This document shows, piece by piece, positions 18,862 through 29,381 of a stretch of DNA of 64,000 nt (within the stretch, counting starts at the first letter, position 1; every line of letters starts with the position of its first letter). The notes below the pieces were generated by a model that saw nothing but the letters and a program-made list of their open reading frames with translations, was not told where the DNA came from and made no database searches. Source of the DNA: Deltaproteobacteria bacterium (lineage in GTDB: Bacteria > Myxococcota > Kuafuiibacteriia > Kuafuiibacteriales > Kuafuiibacteriaceae). The stretch spans positions 64,001 to 128,000 of the forward strand of contig JAVJQW010000067.1 of the NCBI GenBank assembly GCA_040218735.1, in the 5' to 3' direction. The position numbers and the translations under genes are program-made.

Positions 18862-20721
18862 ATGGGAGTCTTCTCCACCTGCGCCCTCGCGCTCGCCCTC
18901 GTCACCCAGACCCCGGTGCCGGATGTCCCCTTCGAGGGGGGCTTCCCGGTCACGCGCTCCGATCGCATCTTCGAGCTGACGGACGTCGAGCGCGGGATGC
19001 GCGGCGTGGGATACACCGTATTCGCGGCCGACGTCCCCGAGCGCTTCGAGTTCGAGGTCCTCGGCATCATGCAATCGATGCTCGGACCGGGCCGCGACGT
19101 CATCCTGGTCAAGCTGATCGGCGAGAAGATCGAGTTCACCGGGGTCATCTCCGGCATGAGCGGCAGCCCGACCTACCTCGACGGCAAGCTGCTCGGCGCC
19201 GTCGCGTACCGGTTCGGCGCCTTCTCGCGCGAGCCGATCGCCGGCATCACCCCGATCCGGAGCATGCTCGACATCGACCAGGGCAAGGAGGTCGGCCCGA
19301 TGGCCCGCCTCGGTGGCCTGCCGCTGCACCGCACGGTCGAGGTCTCCGACTTCCGCGCACGGGACCTCCCGCCCATACCCTTGCCGGACCGACCCGCGAC
19401 CGCCACGCGTGACCTCGTCCCCATTGCGGCCCCGCTGTCGATCTCCGGCCTCGACCCGGACAACGCTCAGGCCCTCGCGACGCGCCTCGAAGGCGCCGGG
19501 TTCGTGACCATCGCGGGCGCGGGCGCCCCCGTGGGCGGCGTCCAGGACAACGGCCCGGCGATGGCCGGCGCGGTGAAGGCGGCGCCGATCGCGCCCGCCT
19601 CACCGATCGCCGCGCTGCTCGTGCGCGGGGACATCAACCTCGCCGCCGTCGGCACGGTGACGATGGTCGAGAAGAACCGCGTCTACGGGTTCGGACACCC
19701 GTTCATGGGCTACGGCCACGTCGCGTTCCCGATGGCGACGGCGGCGGTGATCAACACCCTCGCCTCCCCGGCCGGCTCCTACAAACAGGCTGCGCCGGCC
19801 CGCACGGTCGGTTCGATCTCCCACGATCGGCTCACGGCGATCGCGGGCAACCTCGGCGACGAGGCCCCGATGATCCCGGTGCGGGTCCTCGTCCAGGACG
19901 CGCGCAAGTCCCGCGCGACGCCCGGGTTCGAGTCCAACTTCGAAGTCGTGGACAGCCCGATCTGGTTGCCGGTCATGCTCGACAACGTCGTCGCCTCCGC
20001 CGGCGGTCGTCGGCTCGGGTACGAGGCGGGCGGCACCGTCGACTACGAGGCGCACTACCAGATCGGCGAGTACACGCTGTCGATCGAGGACACGATCTCC
20101 GCGCCTTCGCCGCTCCGGGTCACGTCGTTCGCGTCGCGCGACGTCGCGACGCTCGCGACGATCATCGAGCGCAACGACTTCGAGGGGCCGAAGATCACGA
20201 AGATCGACGTCCGGATGCGCACGCGCCCCGACGTGCTCCTGGAGGAGATCGTCGCGGTGACGCCGAGTGAGCTCGACGCGAAGCCCGGCGAGACGGTCCG
20301 CGTGGTCGCCGAGCTGCGTCCGTTCCGGAAGAAGACCGAGAAGGTCGCGCTGGAGATCACCGTGCCGAAGGACGCCTCCGGGACGATCGATCTCTACGTC
20401 GGCGGTGGCCTCGAGCTCGACCGTCGCGACGGCAACGCGCGCGGACCGATCACCCCCGAGTCGCTGGAGGACCTGCTGGGTCTGCTCGCGAACCGGCGCC
20501 CGGCGCGGGCGCTCTACGCACGAATCTACGAGCCGGCCCTCGGTTACCGCGACGGCACGGCGTTGTATCTGGACCTGCCGGTCTCGCAGCGTGCGGCGCT
20601 CGCCGCGGAGCTGAAGTCCGGCCAGGGCAAGACCGAGGAGACGATGGGCCCCGAAGTACACATCACTCGCCCCTACGTGGTGACGGGCGGACGTTCGGTG
20701 AAGGTGACGGTGCGGCGATGA
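18862..20721 (+). CDS. SpoIVB peptidase S55 domain protein
   Basis: 'GVISGMSGSP...GKLLGAVAY...GITPI' and 'FGHPF' motifs; signal peptide. Confidence 0.85.
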   Translation: MGVFSTCALALALVTQTPVPDVPFEGGFPVTRSDRIFELTDVERGMRGVGYTVFAADVPERFEFEVLGIMQSMLGPGRDVILVKLIGEKIEFTGVISGMSGSPTYLDGKLLGAVAYRFGAFSREPIAGITPIRSMLDIDQGKEVGPMARLGGLPLHRTVEVSDFRARDLPPIPLPDRPATATRDLVPIAAPLSISGLDPDNAQALATRLEGAGFVTIAGAGAPVGGVQDNGPAMAGAVKAAPIAPASPIAALLVRGDINLAAVGTVTMVEKNRVYGFGHPFMGYGHVAFPMATAAVINTLASPAGSYKQAAPARTVGSISHDRLTAIAGNLGDEAPMIPVRVLVQDARKSRATPGFESNFEVVDSPIWLPVMLDNVVASAGGRRLGYEAGGTVDYEAHYQIGEYTLSIEDTISAPSPLRVTSFASRDVATLATIIERNDFEGPKITKIDVRMRTRPDVLLEEIVAVTPSELDAKPGETVRVVAELRPFRKKTEKVALEITVPKDASGTIDLYVGGGLELDRRDGNARGPITPESLEDLLGLLANRRPARALYARIYEPALGYRDGTALYLDLPVSQRAALAAELKSGQGKTEETMGPEVHITRPYVVTGGRSVKVTVRR

Positions 20722-22889
20722 GCCGATGGATTGCGATGGTGGCGGGCCTGCTCGTGGCCGGCACGGCGTACGCCGAGCCGACGCTCGAGCTGAGCGTGAG
20801 CGGGCCGAAGGAAGTGTTCGAGGGCGACCCGGCGTCGACGAGCCTCGACGCGCAGGGGCAGATCCACATGGGCCCCACGCTCGTCGATCTCACGAAGGGC
20901 ACGGACCACCCGATCGTCACGATGCACCCCGGCGCCAGCGGCGGCGCCTACGCCGGGACCGCCGGTGGCGGACTGCTGTCCGTGAGCGCGGGTGGCAAGG
21001 TGACGACGCTGTTCGAAGCGTCGAAGGAGAGCGTCTCGGCGATCGCGGTGCTCGGTCGCAAGATCTACGCGGCGACGATCCCCGACGGGAGCATCGTGCG
21101 CGTGGACGGCGGCAAGAAGACCACGCCGGTTCTGAAGTCGGAGGCGAAATACGTCTGGGCGCTGCACCCCGACGGCAAGGATCTGATCGCGGCGACCGGT
21201 GATCCCGGGCAGGTGCTCCGCGTGCGGATGAACGGCACGACGGAGGTGCTGTTCGACCCCGACGAAAAACATGTGCGCGCGCTGGTGAACCACGACAAAC
21301 GCGGGTGGATCGCGGGCGGCGGCGACAAGGGCATCGTCTACCAGCTCACGAAGGACAAGAAGGCGGTCGCGCTCTACGACTCGACGATGGAGGAGGTCAC
21401 GGCGTTCGCGGTGGACCCGAAGTCGGGGGACCTGTTTGCGTCGTTCGTCAGCGAGTCGAAGGCGGGGACGCTCCTGCCGAACCAGTGGATCGGCCCCGTG
21501 AAGGGCGACACGAGCGACGACAGCTCGCCGATCAAGGGCAGTGAGATCGTCCGCATCTCGAGCGACGGACACGTCGAGAAGCTGTGGTCGTCGAAGACCG
21601 AGGGCGCGATGGACCTGCACTTCGACGCGAAGGCTCAGCGGCTGGTGTTCGTCACCGCCGCGTCGAAGAAGGGGCGCGCGCGTGTGTACGCGGTCGACAC
21701 CGCGGATCGAAACCGCCTGCTCCTGCTGACGAGCCTGGAGGCGCCGATCGCCACCTCGATCCTCGCGGCGCCGACGGGCGGCGCGTACTTCGTCGGCACC
21801 GCGCCGAGCGGGCAGATCAATCGCGTGGGTCCGGGGCTCCGCACGAAGTCGGAGTACATCTCGAAGGAGCAGGACCTCCGCCGGTCGTCGAAGATCGGTC
21901 GCCTGTGGTTCGACGCCGACGTCCCGAAGGGCGCGAAGGTCACGCTCGCGATTCGCGGCGGCAACACCAAGGAGCACGACGACACGTGGACCGACTGGAC
22001 GGGCGCGGTGACCTCCGCGGACGGCGGGCCTGTCGACCTCCCCCGCACGCGCTACGTGCAGATCCGCGCCGAGCTGTCGGGCGGCACGAACGCGGCGCCC
22101 ATCGTGAAGTCGCTCCACGCGTCGGTGGTGCGCCAGAACATCGCGCCGAAGGTGACCGAGGTCTTCATGCTCCGCCGCGGGGTCTACATGGCGTCGCTGC
22201 CGAAGGAGGACGACAAGGAGAAGACCGTCACGCTGTCGAGCAACGTCATCCGCGATCTTCGAAAGCCCGAGCGCAACAACGATCGTACGCGCGCGCGCCA
22301 GGGATCGCGGCCGGGGATGATGACCGTGGCGTGGACGTCGACGGACCCGAACAGCGACGACCTCCTCTACCGTGTCGAGATGACGCGGCTCGATCCCCCG
22401 GCGATGGACTGGAACACGGTCGCGGACGGGCTGACGGATCAGTACTGGTCGTTCGACTCGCGCGCCTACCCGGACGGGCGCTACCGGTTCCGCGTCACGG
22501 CGTCGGACCGCCCTGCGAACCCGCCGGACGCGGCGCTGACGGATCGGTTCGAGTCGGAGCCGTTCGTCGTCGACAACGGCGCGCCGAAGATCCGCAAGGT
22601 CGCCGCGCGCAGCACCCGCGCCGGGCGCGTTCGCATCGAAGCGGTCGCCGAGGACGACACGTCCGCGATCGGCGTGGCAGAGTTCGCGGTGGGCGGCGGG
22701 CCCTGGCTCATGCTCCCCGCGAAGGACGGCCTCGTGGACGCGAAGTCGGAGGCGCTGGAGGTGGACGTGACGGACTCCGACGAGGTCGGCGCGGTGAAGC
22801 TCGGTAAGGGCAAGCGGACGGTCCTCATCCGCGTCGAAGACGACGCCGGAAACGAAGCGACCGCGTCGACGACGGTAGACGTCCGCTGA
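20718..22889 (+). CDS. Secreted beta-propeller protein with C-terminal Ig/FN3-like domains
   Basis: Signal peptide; repeated 'Y(A/V)(G/A)T..G' blades; 'DPNSDDLLY' and 'DGRYRFRVTASD'; ATGA-coupled to the S55 gene. Confidence 0.8.
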   Translation: MSRWIAMVAGLLVAGTAYAEPTLELSVSGPKEVFEGDPASTSLDAQGQIHMGPTLVDLTKGTDHPIVTMHPGASGGAYAGTAGGGLLSVSAGGKVTTLFEASKESVSAIAVLGRKIYAATIPDGSIVRVDGGKKTTPVLKSEAKYVWALHPDGKDLIAATGDPGQVLRVRMNGTTEVLFDPDEKHVRALVNHDKRGWIAGGGDKGIVYQLTKDKKAVALYDSTMEEVTAFAVDPKSGDLFASFVSESKAGTLLPNQWIGPVKGDTSDDSSPIKGSEIVRISSDGHVEKLWSSKTEGAMDLHFDAKAQRLVFVTAASKKGRARVYAVDTADRNRLLLLTSLEAPIATSILAAPTGGAYFVGTAPSGQINRVGPGLRTKSEYISKEQDLRRSSKIGRLWFDADVPKGAKVTLAIRGGNTKEHDDTWTDWTGAVTSADGGPVDLPRTRYVQIRAELSGGTNAAPIVKSLHASVVRQNIAPKVTEVFMLRRGVYMASLPKEDDKEKTVTLSSNVIRDLRKPERNNDRTRARQGSRPGMMTVAWTSTDPNSDDLLYRVEMTRLDPPAMDWNTVADGLTDQYWSFDSRAYPDGRYRFRVTASDRPANPPDAALTDRFESEPFVVDNGAPKIRKVAARSTRAGRVRIEAVAEDDTSAIGVAEFAVGGGPWLMLPAKDGLVDAKSEALEVDVTDSDEVGAVKLGKGKRTVLIRVEDDAGNEATASTTVDVR

Positions 22890-22910
22890 CGCGTGCCCAT
22901 CTAAGCTGCC

Positions 22911-23168
22911 ATGACGGAAAGCAAGTTCTCTCAGGGTTTCGAACGCATGAAGGCGGACCTGCTCCGCGCCCGCGATGAGCTGAAGGTGCAGATGCACCTC
23001 GCCTCGATGGACGCCAAGGACGCCTGGACGAAGCTGGAGCCGAGGGTCCGCGCCTTCGAAGAGCAGGCGCAGCAGGTCGCGGTCGACACCGCGGACGAGC
23101 TGGAGAAGGTCGCTGGCGACCTCGCCGAAGAGCTCGAGAAGATCCAAGAGAAGATCCGCAAGCCCTGA
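22911..23168 (+). CDS. Small helical hypothetical protein
   Basis: 85 aa amphipathic helices ('RDELKVQMHLASMDAKDAW'); good codon usage. Confidence 0.75.
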   Translation: MTESKFSQGFERMKADLLRARDELKVQMHLASMDAKDAWTKLEPRVRAFEEQAQQVAVDTADELEKVAGDLAEELEKIQEKIRKP

Positions 23169-23177
23169 CGGGCGCGG

Positions 23178-25190
23178 TCAGCCGCCGATTCGGAACGGCA
23201 AGAGCGCTTGCGCCGGCTCCGCGGCGGCGCGGGAACGCACGCGCGCCCACTTCGCGGCGCGCTTCGACGCGGGGTCGTCGCGTTTTTCGAGGAGCCTCGC
23301 GCGCAGCTGCTCGGCCTCCTTCACGCGGCCGGCGGAGGTCATCGCGACCCACGTCGCCACCGCGAGCGCGCCCGCGTCGTCCTTCTCGTGTTCGAGGAGG
23401 TTCGCGAGCGCGACCATCCCGTCGACGTCGCGCAGACGGCTCTGCTCGATCGGGATCTCGGCGAGCGAGAACAGCCCCTCGCTCGTCACGACGATCGGCC
23501 CGGGCGCCTCGGGGTGCCCGCGCTCCACGCCGATGATCCGCCCGGCGACGTGGGCGCGGTCGAGGAGCTTTCCGTCGCGGTCGTAGAAGATGACGTCGCC
23601 GCTCTCGAACGCGAGGGCCACACCGTCCGCCGTCGTGTCACACGCGACCGGCTTCGCGGGGCCGCGGATGGTCGCCGTCTTCTCACCCGCGACGATGTCG
23701 ATGACCTCCACCGAGCCATCCTCGTACCCGACGCAGCCGTACCGCCGCGCCGCGCCGAGGAGCCGCGGCGACGGCCCGAGCGGGATCGGTGCCTTGACCG
23801 GCTTTCCGTTGTACGTCCGCAGGAGCACGAGGCCCTCCGGCGTCACGATGACGACGATGTCGCGCGTCATCAGCACGTCCGTCGGCTCCTCGAGCGGCGT
23901 CCGCCACGCGGGCGTGCGTTTGCCGGGGCGCAGGAGCGCGACTTCGAGCGTGTCACCGCTGCCCTTCGGCCGTGCGAGAACCACGACGCCGCCCGCGCTC
24001 GACGCGAGCGGTACAACCTCCAACGCGAGCTGCCCCACCTTGCCGAAGCTGACCTCGAGCCACACCACGGCGTCGTCGCCCTTCACGCCGACGAGCCCGC
24101 TCGTGAGCTCGATGCGCTCCGGCCCCGCGTCCTTCGGGAGCTGGAGCGGGAGCTTCACGGACCACCGGGGCCTCAGGTCTTCGTCGAGGCGCGCCATGCG
24201 GCCGCGGTCGAGTGTGATGAGCTGATCACTCGCCGCCGCTACGAGGCCCCGCACCGGCGGCCCACGGTCCACGATCGTCCCGGTCCGCGGATCGAAGGTC
24301 CACCGTTCCCCGACACCGCGGCGGGCCTGCACGACCCACCCCTTCTTCCGACCGACGACGACCGGCCGCTCGCCGAGCGGGAGCTGGAGCGCCCAGCGCT
24401 TCGCGCGCGCACGTGTGTAGCGGAGGAAGGACATCCAGCCCTCCTTGGCCTCGTCGTAGCGACCGCGCTGCCCGTCGACCTCCGCGCGCTCCGCTGCGGA
24501 CGCCGCGAGCGACGAACGGTCGGAGCTCGACTGCCCCGTCGCGAGCAGCGCCCCCTCGGCGCGCGCGCGTCCGAAGATCGCCTCGGGGATGAACACCTCG
24601 CGCCGGTAGGTCCGCGCGCGATCGAACATGACGGCGGCCTGGCGGTAGCGACCGCGCTGGTAGCGCAGCTCCGCGAGCCCCAGGAAGCGGTGTACGGCGA
24701 AGACGTGACCGACCTGCTCGAGGAGCGCGTCGACGCCGGCCGGTCGGTCGAGCCCGGCCTGCTCCGCGGCGAAGAGCGCGGCGCGGATGGTGTGCGCCTC
24801 CAGCTCGCGCGCGACGCCGGCGATCCGCACGCGCTTCGTACCGGCCTTCGTCTGCACCTCGAGATCGATCGTGAGCTGGTCGTCGTCCGAATCGACGGGT
24901 GTAACCCGGCCGCGCACCACGGCGTCGAGCTTCGCCGCCGCGAGATCCTTCGTGTCGACGACGAAGGGCCGACTCCGCACCGTTGCCCCGAGCCGCTCCA
25001 GGTGCAGCGCGACGACGTCGGAGACCCGCAGCGCGGCCCAGGTGGCGTCGCTGCCCGCCTCGGCCCCGGGCGACGCGAACTCGACCACCGCCACCGTCGG
25101 CGGCGGGCCTTTCTGCTGCTCGAGCTGGGCCGGCGTCGGCCACCACGCGAGCCGCAGGACCTCGGCGAGGAGCGCCGCGAACAGGAACAC
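23178..25190 (-). CDS. TPR plus PQQ/WD-like beta-propeller protein
   Basis: N-terminal hydrophobic segment, TPR-like helices, repeated 'W' beta-blades. GTG start at 25190 after GAGG. Confidence 0.6.
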   Translation of the reverse strand: MFLFAALLAEVLRLAWWPTPAQLEQQKGPPPTVAVVEFASPGAEAGSDATWAALRVSDVVALHLERLGATVRSRPFVVDTKDLAAAKLDAVVRGRVTPVDSDDDQLTIDLEVQTKAGTKRVRIAGVARELEAHTIRAALFAAEQAGLDRPAGVDALLEQVGHVFAVHRFLGLAELRYQRGRYRQAAVMFDRARTYRREVFIPEAIFGRARAEGALLATGQSSSDRSSLAASAAERAEVDGQRGRYDEAKEGWMSFLRYTRARAKRWALQLPLGERPVVVGRKKGWVVQARRGVGERWTFDPRTGTIVDRGPPVRGLVAAASDQLITLDRGRMARLDEDLRPRWSVKLPLQLPKDAGPERIELTSGLVGVKGDDAVVWLEVSFGKVGQLALEVVPLASSAGGVVVLARPKGSGDTLEVALLRPGKRTPAWRTPLEEPTDVLMTRDIVVIVTPEGLVLLRTYNGKPVKAPIPLGPSPRLLGAARRYGCVGYEDGSVEVIDIVAGEKTATIRGPAKPVACDTTADGVALAFESGDVIFYDRDGKLLDRAHVAGRIIGVERGHPEAPGPIVVTSEGLFSLAEIPIEQSRLRDVDGMVALANLLEHEKDDAGALAVATWVAMTSAGRVKEAEQLRARLLEKRDDPASKRAAKWARVRSRAAAEPAQALLPFRIGG

Positions 25191-25299
25191 CCCACCTCGG
25201 TCGCCAAGATCCGAACCTACGTCAAGAGGCCCGGGGGGTTCCGCCCGGACGAGGGCCAAGGGACGGCGGGGCCCAGGAGGGGTGTTATGTTCCGCGAGC

Positions 25300-25836
25300 A
25301 TGTCCTCGAAGACGTTCCTCGTGGCAGGCGGCAGCCTGATCGTGGGCGCCGGGCTCGGCGCCTTCGTGATGCAGACGATCTACGGCGGCCCCGCCGAGCG
25401 CGTGGATCCCTCCCCCGAGCGCAAGCTCGTGTGCCCCGAGCCGAAGGCGTGCATCTGCCCGCCGCCGGTCGACTGCGGCGACAACGGGATCGTGCCCGAC
25501 GGCGCCGAGCCGGTCGGCGACATCGCGGCGATCGAGGTCCCGGACACCACACGACCTGGCCTCCCCGCCTCGGCGCTCAAGCTCGCCACGACGGCGGTGC
25601 GCGACGCGATCGCGCCCTGCCTCGTCGACACCGAGGGGCTCGGCGGCCACGTCCTCCTCCGCCTCACGGTCACGTCCACGGGCGGCCAGGGTTTCATCCG
25701 CGAGGCCGAGGTCGAGAAGACCAGCGGCGAGGTGGCGGACGTGCCGGAGTGTGTCGCGGCCTACGCCCGACGCGCGAAGTTCGACTTCGAACCCGAGGGC
25801 GAGACCGAGCTGAAGCTCCCGCTCCGAGTCCCCTGA
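25300..25836 (+). CDS. Membrane-anchored protein with TonB-C/AgmX-like C-terminal domain
   Basis: N-terminal TM helix, Cys/Pro linker, 'IAPC...GHVLLRLTV...ECV...LKLPL'. Confidence 0.65.
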   Translation: MSSKTFLVAGGSLIVGAGLGAFVMQTIYGGPAERVDPSPERKLVCPEPKACICPPPVDCGDNGIVPDGAEPVGDIAAIEVPDTTRPGLPASALKLATTAVRDAIAPCLVDTEGLGGHVLLRLTVTSTGGQGFIREAEVEKTSGEVADVPECVAAYARRAKFDFEPEGETELKLPLRVP

Positions 25837-25867
25837 CCGGTTCCCCGAACCGGGTCCTTCGACCGGA

Positions 25868-26614
25868 CTACTGGCCCTCGCCGCGCAGCATCGTCAGCGG
25901 CGTCTTGAAGATGATCTCCAGGTCCGTCTTCAGCGCTTCCAGCGGGCTCTCCAAGATCGCCGAGTACGACAGATCGAACAGGAGTTTGTTCGCGAACATC
26001 TTCGTGTCGCCGACGCCCTCCGGGAGCTGGATCGACCCCAGGAAGTCCTGCAGCGCCTTCGACTCCTCCTTGCCGCCGAACGAGCCGTCGTAGTTCAGCC
26101 GGATCTGCGCGAGCCCGGTGATGCCGGGTTTGATGAGGCGCATCCGCTCCTGGAAGAACGGCACGCTCGACTCGATCTTCTCGAGCAGCTCCGGCCGTTC
26201 CGGGCGCGGTCCCACCAGGCTCATCTCGCCGCGAAGCACGTGCAGCAGCTGCGGCAGCTCGTCGAGGCGCGACTTGCGCAAGAAGCCCCCGATCGGCGTC
26301 AGGCGCGGATCGTTCTTCTGCGCGAGGACCGCCCCGGTCATCTTCTCCGCGTCCGTCCGCATCGTCCGGAACTTGTACATCTGGAAGGTGTGGTACCCGG
26401 TGCGGCGGCGCCGCTCCGTGTGCGGGGGCCGGCTCGGCGCGATGTCCGAGCGCCGCTCCGCCGCGACGCGGGTCTGGCTATAGAAGACCGGCCCCTTGCT
26501 CGTGAGCTTCACGGCCGCCGCGACCACCGGGAAGAGCGGAGCCGTCATCGCGAGGCCGATCGAAGCGCCCGCCACGTCGATGGCGCGCTTCGCGATCCGC
26601 GTCTTCCAGTCCAT
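25868..26614 (-). CDS. Bacterial sugar transferase (polyprenyl-phosphate hexose-1-P transferase domain)
   Basis: [42 protein letters not shown] and KPGITGLAQ motifs. Confidence 0.92.
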   Translation of the reverse strand: MDWKTRIAKRAIDVAGASIGLAMTAPLFPVVAAAVKLTSKGPVFYSQTRVAAERRSDIAPSRPPHTERRRRTGYHTFQMYKFRTMRTDAEKMTGAVLAQKNDPRLTPIGGFLRKSRLDELPQLLHVLRGEMSLVGPRPERPELLEKIESSVPFFQERMRLIKPGITGLAQIRLNYDGSFGGKEESKALQDFLGSIQLPEGVGDTKMFANKLLFDLSYSAILESPLEALKTDLEIIFKTPLTMLRGEGQ

Positions 26615-26711
26615 GGGGAGGCCCCTGGATCGGTAGCCCCTGCTCGGACCGCGGTCAACCGACGCTCCGCCTTGCGGCCGGCTCCCGATTGGAGGTATTC
26701 GCAAACACAGG

Positions 26712-27158
26712 GTGTCGAACGACGTCGAGCAGTTCCGCTTCGTGGTGCCCGGTCGGCTGGAGTACCGCGACGCCGCGCGCGCGTTCCTCGCGTACGTGTG
26801 CGACCGGCTCGCCGGGCGCGGCCGCCTCCCGGCGGACCTCGGTCACCGGGTCATCTCGGCGTTCGTCGAGGCGTTCAACAACGCCGTCATCCACGCCTAC
26901 GCGGGCGAGGCGACGGGCTCCGTCGAGGTCGAGATGGAGGTGCACCCCTCGCACCTGTCCGTCCGCATCCTCGACGCAGGCCGCACGTTCGTCCCCGAGC
27001 AGGTCCCGGAGCCGGACCTCGACGCGCTCCCCGAGGGCGGCCTCGGGCTCTTCATCATTCGCAACTTCATGGACCGCGTCGACTACGGCCGGCAGGGGGA
27101 CAAAAACGTCCTCACCATGGAAAAAGATCTCCAAACTTCGACCGAACGAGAAAGCTGA
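26712..27158 (+). CDS. rsbW: Anti-sigma factor Ser kinase (RsbW/SpoIIAB-like)
   Basis: GHKL-type motifs EAFNNAVIHAY, DAG and EGGLGLF. Confidence 0.85.
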   Translation: MSNDVEQFRFVVPGRLEYRDAARAFLAYVCDRLAGRGRLPADLGHRVISAFVEAFNNAVIHAYAGEATGSVEVEMEVHPSHLSVRILDAGRTFVPEQVPEPDLDALPEGGLGLFIIRNFMDRVDYGRQGDKNVLTMEKDLQTSTERES

Positions 27159-27165
27159 ACAAGGG

Positions 27166-27507
27166 ATGCTGGACTACGACAAAACCGAACGCGGCGACGT
27201 CACCGTCTTTTCGCTCAAGGGGAACCTCGACGCGCTGACTTCGCCCTCCCTGAAGAAGGAGATCGAGGCGCTCCTCGCCGCGCGGAAGATCAACGTGGTG
27301 TTCGACCTCGCCGGGTTGGAGCTGATCGACAGCTCCGGCGTCGGCGCGATCGTCTCCCTCTTCAAACGCGTGCGCACGCTCCAGGGCGACGTGAAGATCG
27401 CGCGCCTCGCGGGGCAGCCGTCGGAGATCTTCAAGCTCCTTCGACTCGTGCGGGTGTTCGACATCTTCGACACCGTCGACGAAGCCGTCGCGAGGTTCGG
27501 CGCTTAG
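27166..27507 (+). CDS. rsbV: STAS anti-sigma factor antagonist (RsbV/SpoIIAA-like)
   Basis: GNLD and IDSSGVG (phosphoacceptor Ser); 113 aa. Confidence 0.9.
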   Translation: MLDYDKTERGDVTVFSLKGNLDALTSPSLKKEIEALLAARKINVVFDLAGLELIDSSGVGAIVSLFKRVRTLQGDVKIARLAGQPSEIFKLLRLVRVFDIFDTVDEAVARFGA

Positions 27508-27514
27508 AGGTCCG

Positions 27515-29302
27515 ATGGGTCCCTTCACCGGACGCCTCCGCGAGCTGGAGGGCCCCAACCAAGGGGCGGTCTACGAGCTCAAGGACGTCTGCGTGCTCGG
27601 GCGGGCCCTGGACTGCCAAGTCCACATCCGGGACCTCACGGTCTCGCGTCGACACGCTCGCATCACGCGCGTCGATGGTCGCTTCCTGGTCGAGGACCTC
27701 GGGTCCGGCAACGGCACCCTCGTCAACGACCAGGCGGTCACGCGGCACTTCCTCGAAAACCGCGACATCATCCAGGTCTGCAGCGCGAAGTTCGAGTTCC
27801 TCGAGTCGAAGAAGCCGCAGATCATGACCGACGCCGTGACGATGGTCGGCACGGTCCAGAAGAGCGCGCACATCGTCGGCACCGTCGACGCCGCGCAGCC
27901 GATCATCCACCAGGACGCCAACGCGCTCACGAACGTCACGAGCCCGCAGGAGCTGGTGCGCATGGCGTCGCGCCTCAAGACCATCTACGCCGTCTCGGAC
28001 GCCATCACGAGCATCCTGGATCTCGACGAGCTCCTCCCCGAGATCCTCAACCGCCTCTTCGAGATCTTCCCGCGAGCGGAGCGCGCCGTCGTCATGCTGG
28101 CGGACGAGGAGACGGACTCGCTGATCCCCAAGGCGATCAAACGCCGCCGTGAAAACGATCGCGGCGAGCTCACGCTTTCCCGTACCATCCTCCACGAGGT
28201 CATGGAGAAGCGCCGCGCGGTCCTCTCGCACGACGCGATGGAGGACCAGCGCTTCAAGAGCGGGCGCAGCGTCGCGAACTTCGGCATCCGCGCCATGGCC
28301 GCGGCGCCGCTGTTGTGGCGCGGCGAGACGCTCGGCGTGGTGTACCTGGACAGCGCGGGCATCGCGGCGTTCTCGCAGGCCGACCTCGAGCTGCTGACCG
28401 GCATCGCGCATCAGGCCGCGGGCGCGCTCGGCAACGCGCGGCTGCACGAAGAGCTACTGAAGCGTCAGCGCCTCGAACAGGACCTGCACCTCGCCGAGCG
28501 CATCCAGCAGAGCTTCCTCCCCAAGCGCATCCCGGAGGTCGGCGGGTACACGTTCTCGGCACGTTACGATCCCGCGTACGAGGTCGGCGGTGACTTCTAC
28601 GACTTCGTGAAGCTGCCGAACGAGCAGCTCGGGATCGTCGTCGGCGACGTCTCGGGGAAAGGCGTCTCCGCCGCGCTGTACATGGCGCGCCTGACGCGCG
28701 ACCTGAGGTATTTCGCGCTCGCGGAGAGTGATCCCGCGAAGGTGCTGCAGTGGATGAACCGCGCTGTCCACGACAGCGGCCAGGACCACATCTTCGTGAC
28801 GCTCGTGTACATGGTGCTCGCGCCGAAACAAAAGCGCGTCACGATGGTGAACGCGGGGCACATGCCTCCGCTGTTCCGCCGCCGCGCCGAGGGCCGCATC
28901 ACCAGCCTGGAGCGTACGTCCGGTCTCCCGTTGGGGGTGTTGCCCGACACCGAGTACGAAGCCGAAGAGTTCGCGCTCGAGCCCGGCGACAGCATGATGA
29001 TGTACACCGATGGCCTGGTAGAGGCGATGAATCCTCACCAGGAGATGTTCGGCATGGAGCGTCTCACCGAGACCCTGTCGCGGGGACCGTCCGGGGCCAA
29101 TACCCTCCTCGTGCGGGCGGTGCAGGCCTGCCAAGCGCACGTCGTCGATGCACCGCAGTTCGATGACACGACAATCGTGTGCTTCGGACTCGACGTAGAT
29201 GCAGCGACTCAGGACATCGTGATCCCGAACGAGACGACCGGTACGATGGACCGGGCCCGGCAAGCCGCGATGCGCCGCATCCGCGGTCTTGACATCGACT
29301 GA
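27515..29302 (+). CDS. FHA-GAF-SpoIIE (PP2C, RsbU-like) phosphatase
   Basis: FHA (GR...SRRH...NGT), GAF, and PP2C motifs VGGDFYD, GDVSGKG, NAGH, YTDG, DDTT. Confidence 0.9.
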   Translation: MGPFTGRLRELEGPNQGAVYELKDVCVLGRALDCQVHIRDLTVSRRHARITRVDGRFLVEDLGSGNGTLVNDQAVTRHFLENRDIIQVCSAKFEFLESKKPQIMTDAVTMVGTVQKSAHIVGTVDAAQPIIHQDANALTNVTSPQELVRMASRLKTIYAVSDAITSILDLDELLPEILNRLFEIFPRAERAVVMLADEETDSLIPKAIKRRRENDRGELTLSRTILHEVMEKRRAVLSHDAMEDQRFKSGRSVANFGIRAMAAAPLLWRGETLGVVYLDSAGIAAFSQADLELLTGIAHQAAGALGNARLHEELLKRQRLEQDLHLAERIQQSFLPKRIPEVGGYTFSARYDPAYEVGGDFYDFVKLPNEQLGIVVGDVSGKGVSAALYMARLTRDLRYFALAESDPAKVLQWMNRAVHDSGQDHIFVTLVYMVLAPKQKRVTMVNAGHMPPLFRRRAEGRITSLERTSGLPLGVLPDTEYEAEEFALEPGDSMMMYTDGLVEAMNPHQEMFGMERLTETLSRGPSGANTLLVRAVQACQAHVVDAPQFDDTTIVCFGLDVDAATQDIVIPNETTGTMDRARQAAMRRIRGLDID

Positions 29303-29381
29303 CGTCACCCCGCGTTTACGCGCAAGTCACCTTGCAGCGACTTGATCGCACCACCCGACGTCCGCTACTGCGGGCGATAAG

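Noticed and set aside
25299-25302. Third apparent CATG head-to-head start overlap
   Set aside because: The minus-strand gene more plausibly starts at GTG 25190 with an RBS, leaving a normal ~110-bp gap.
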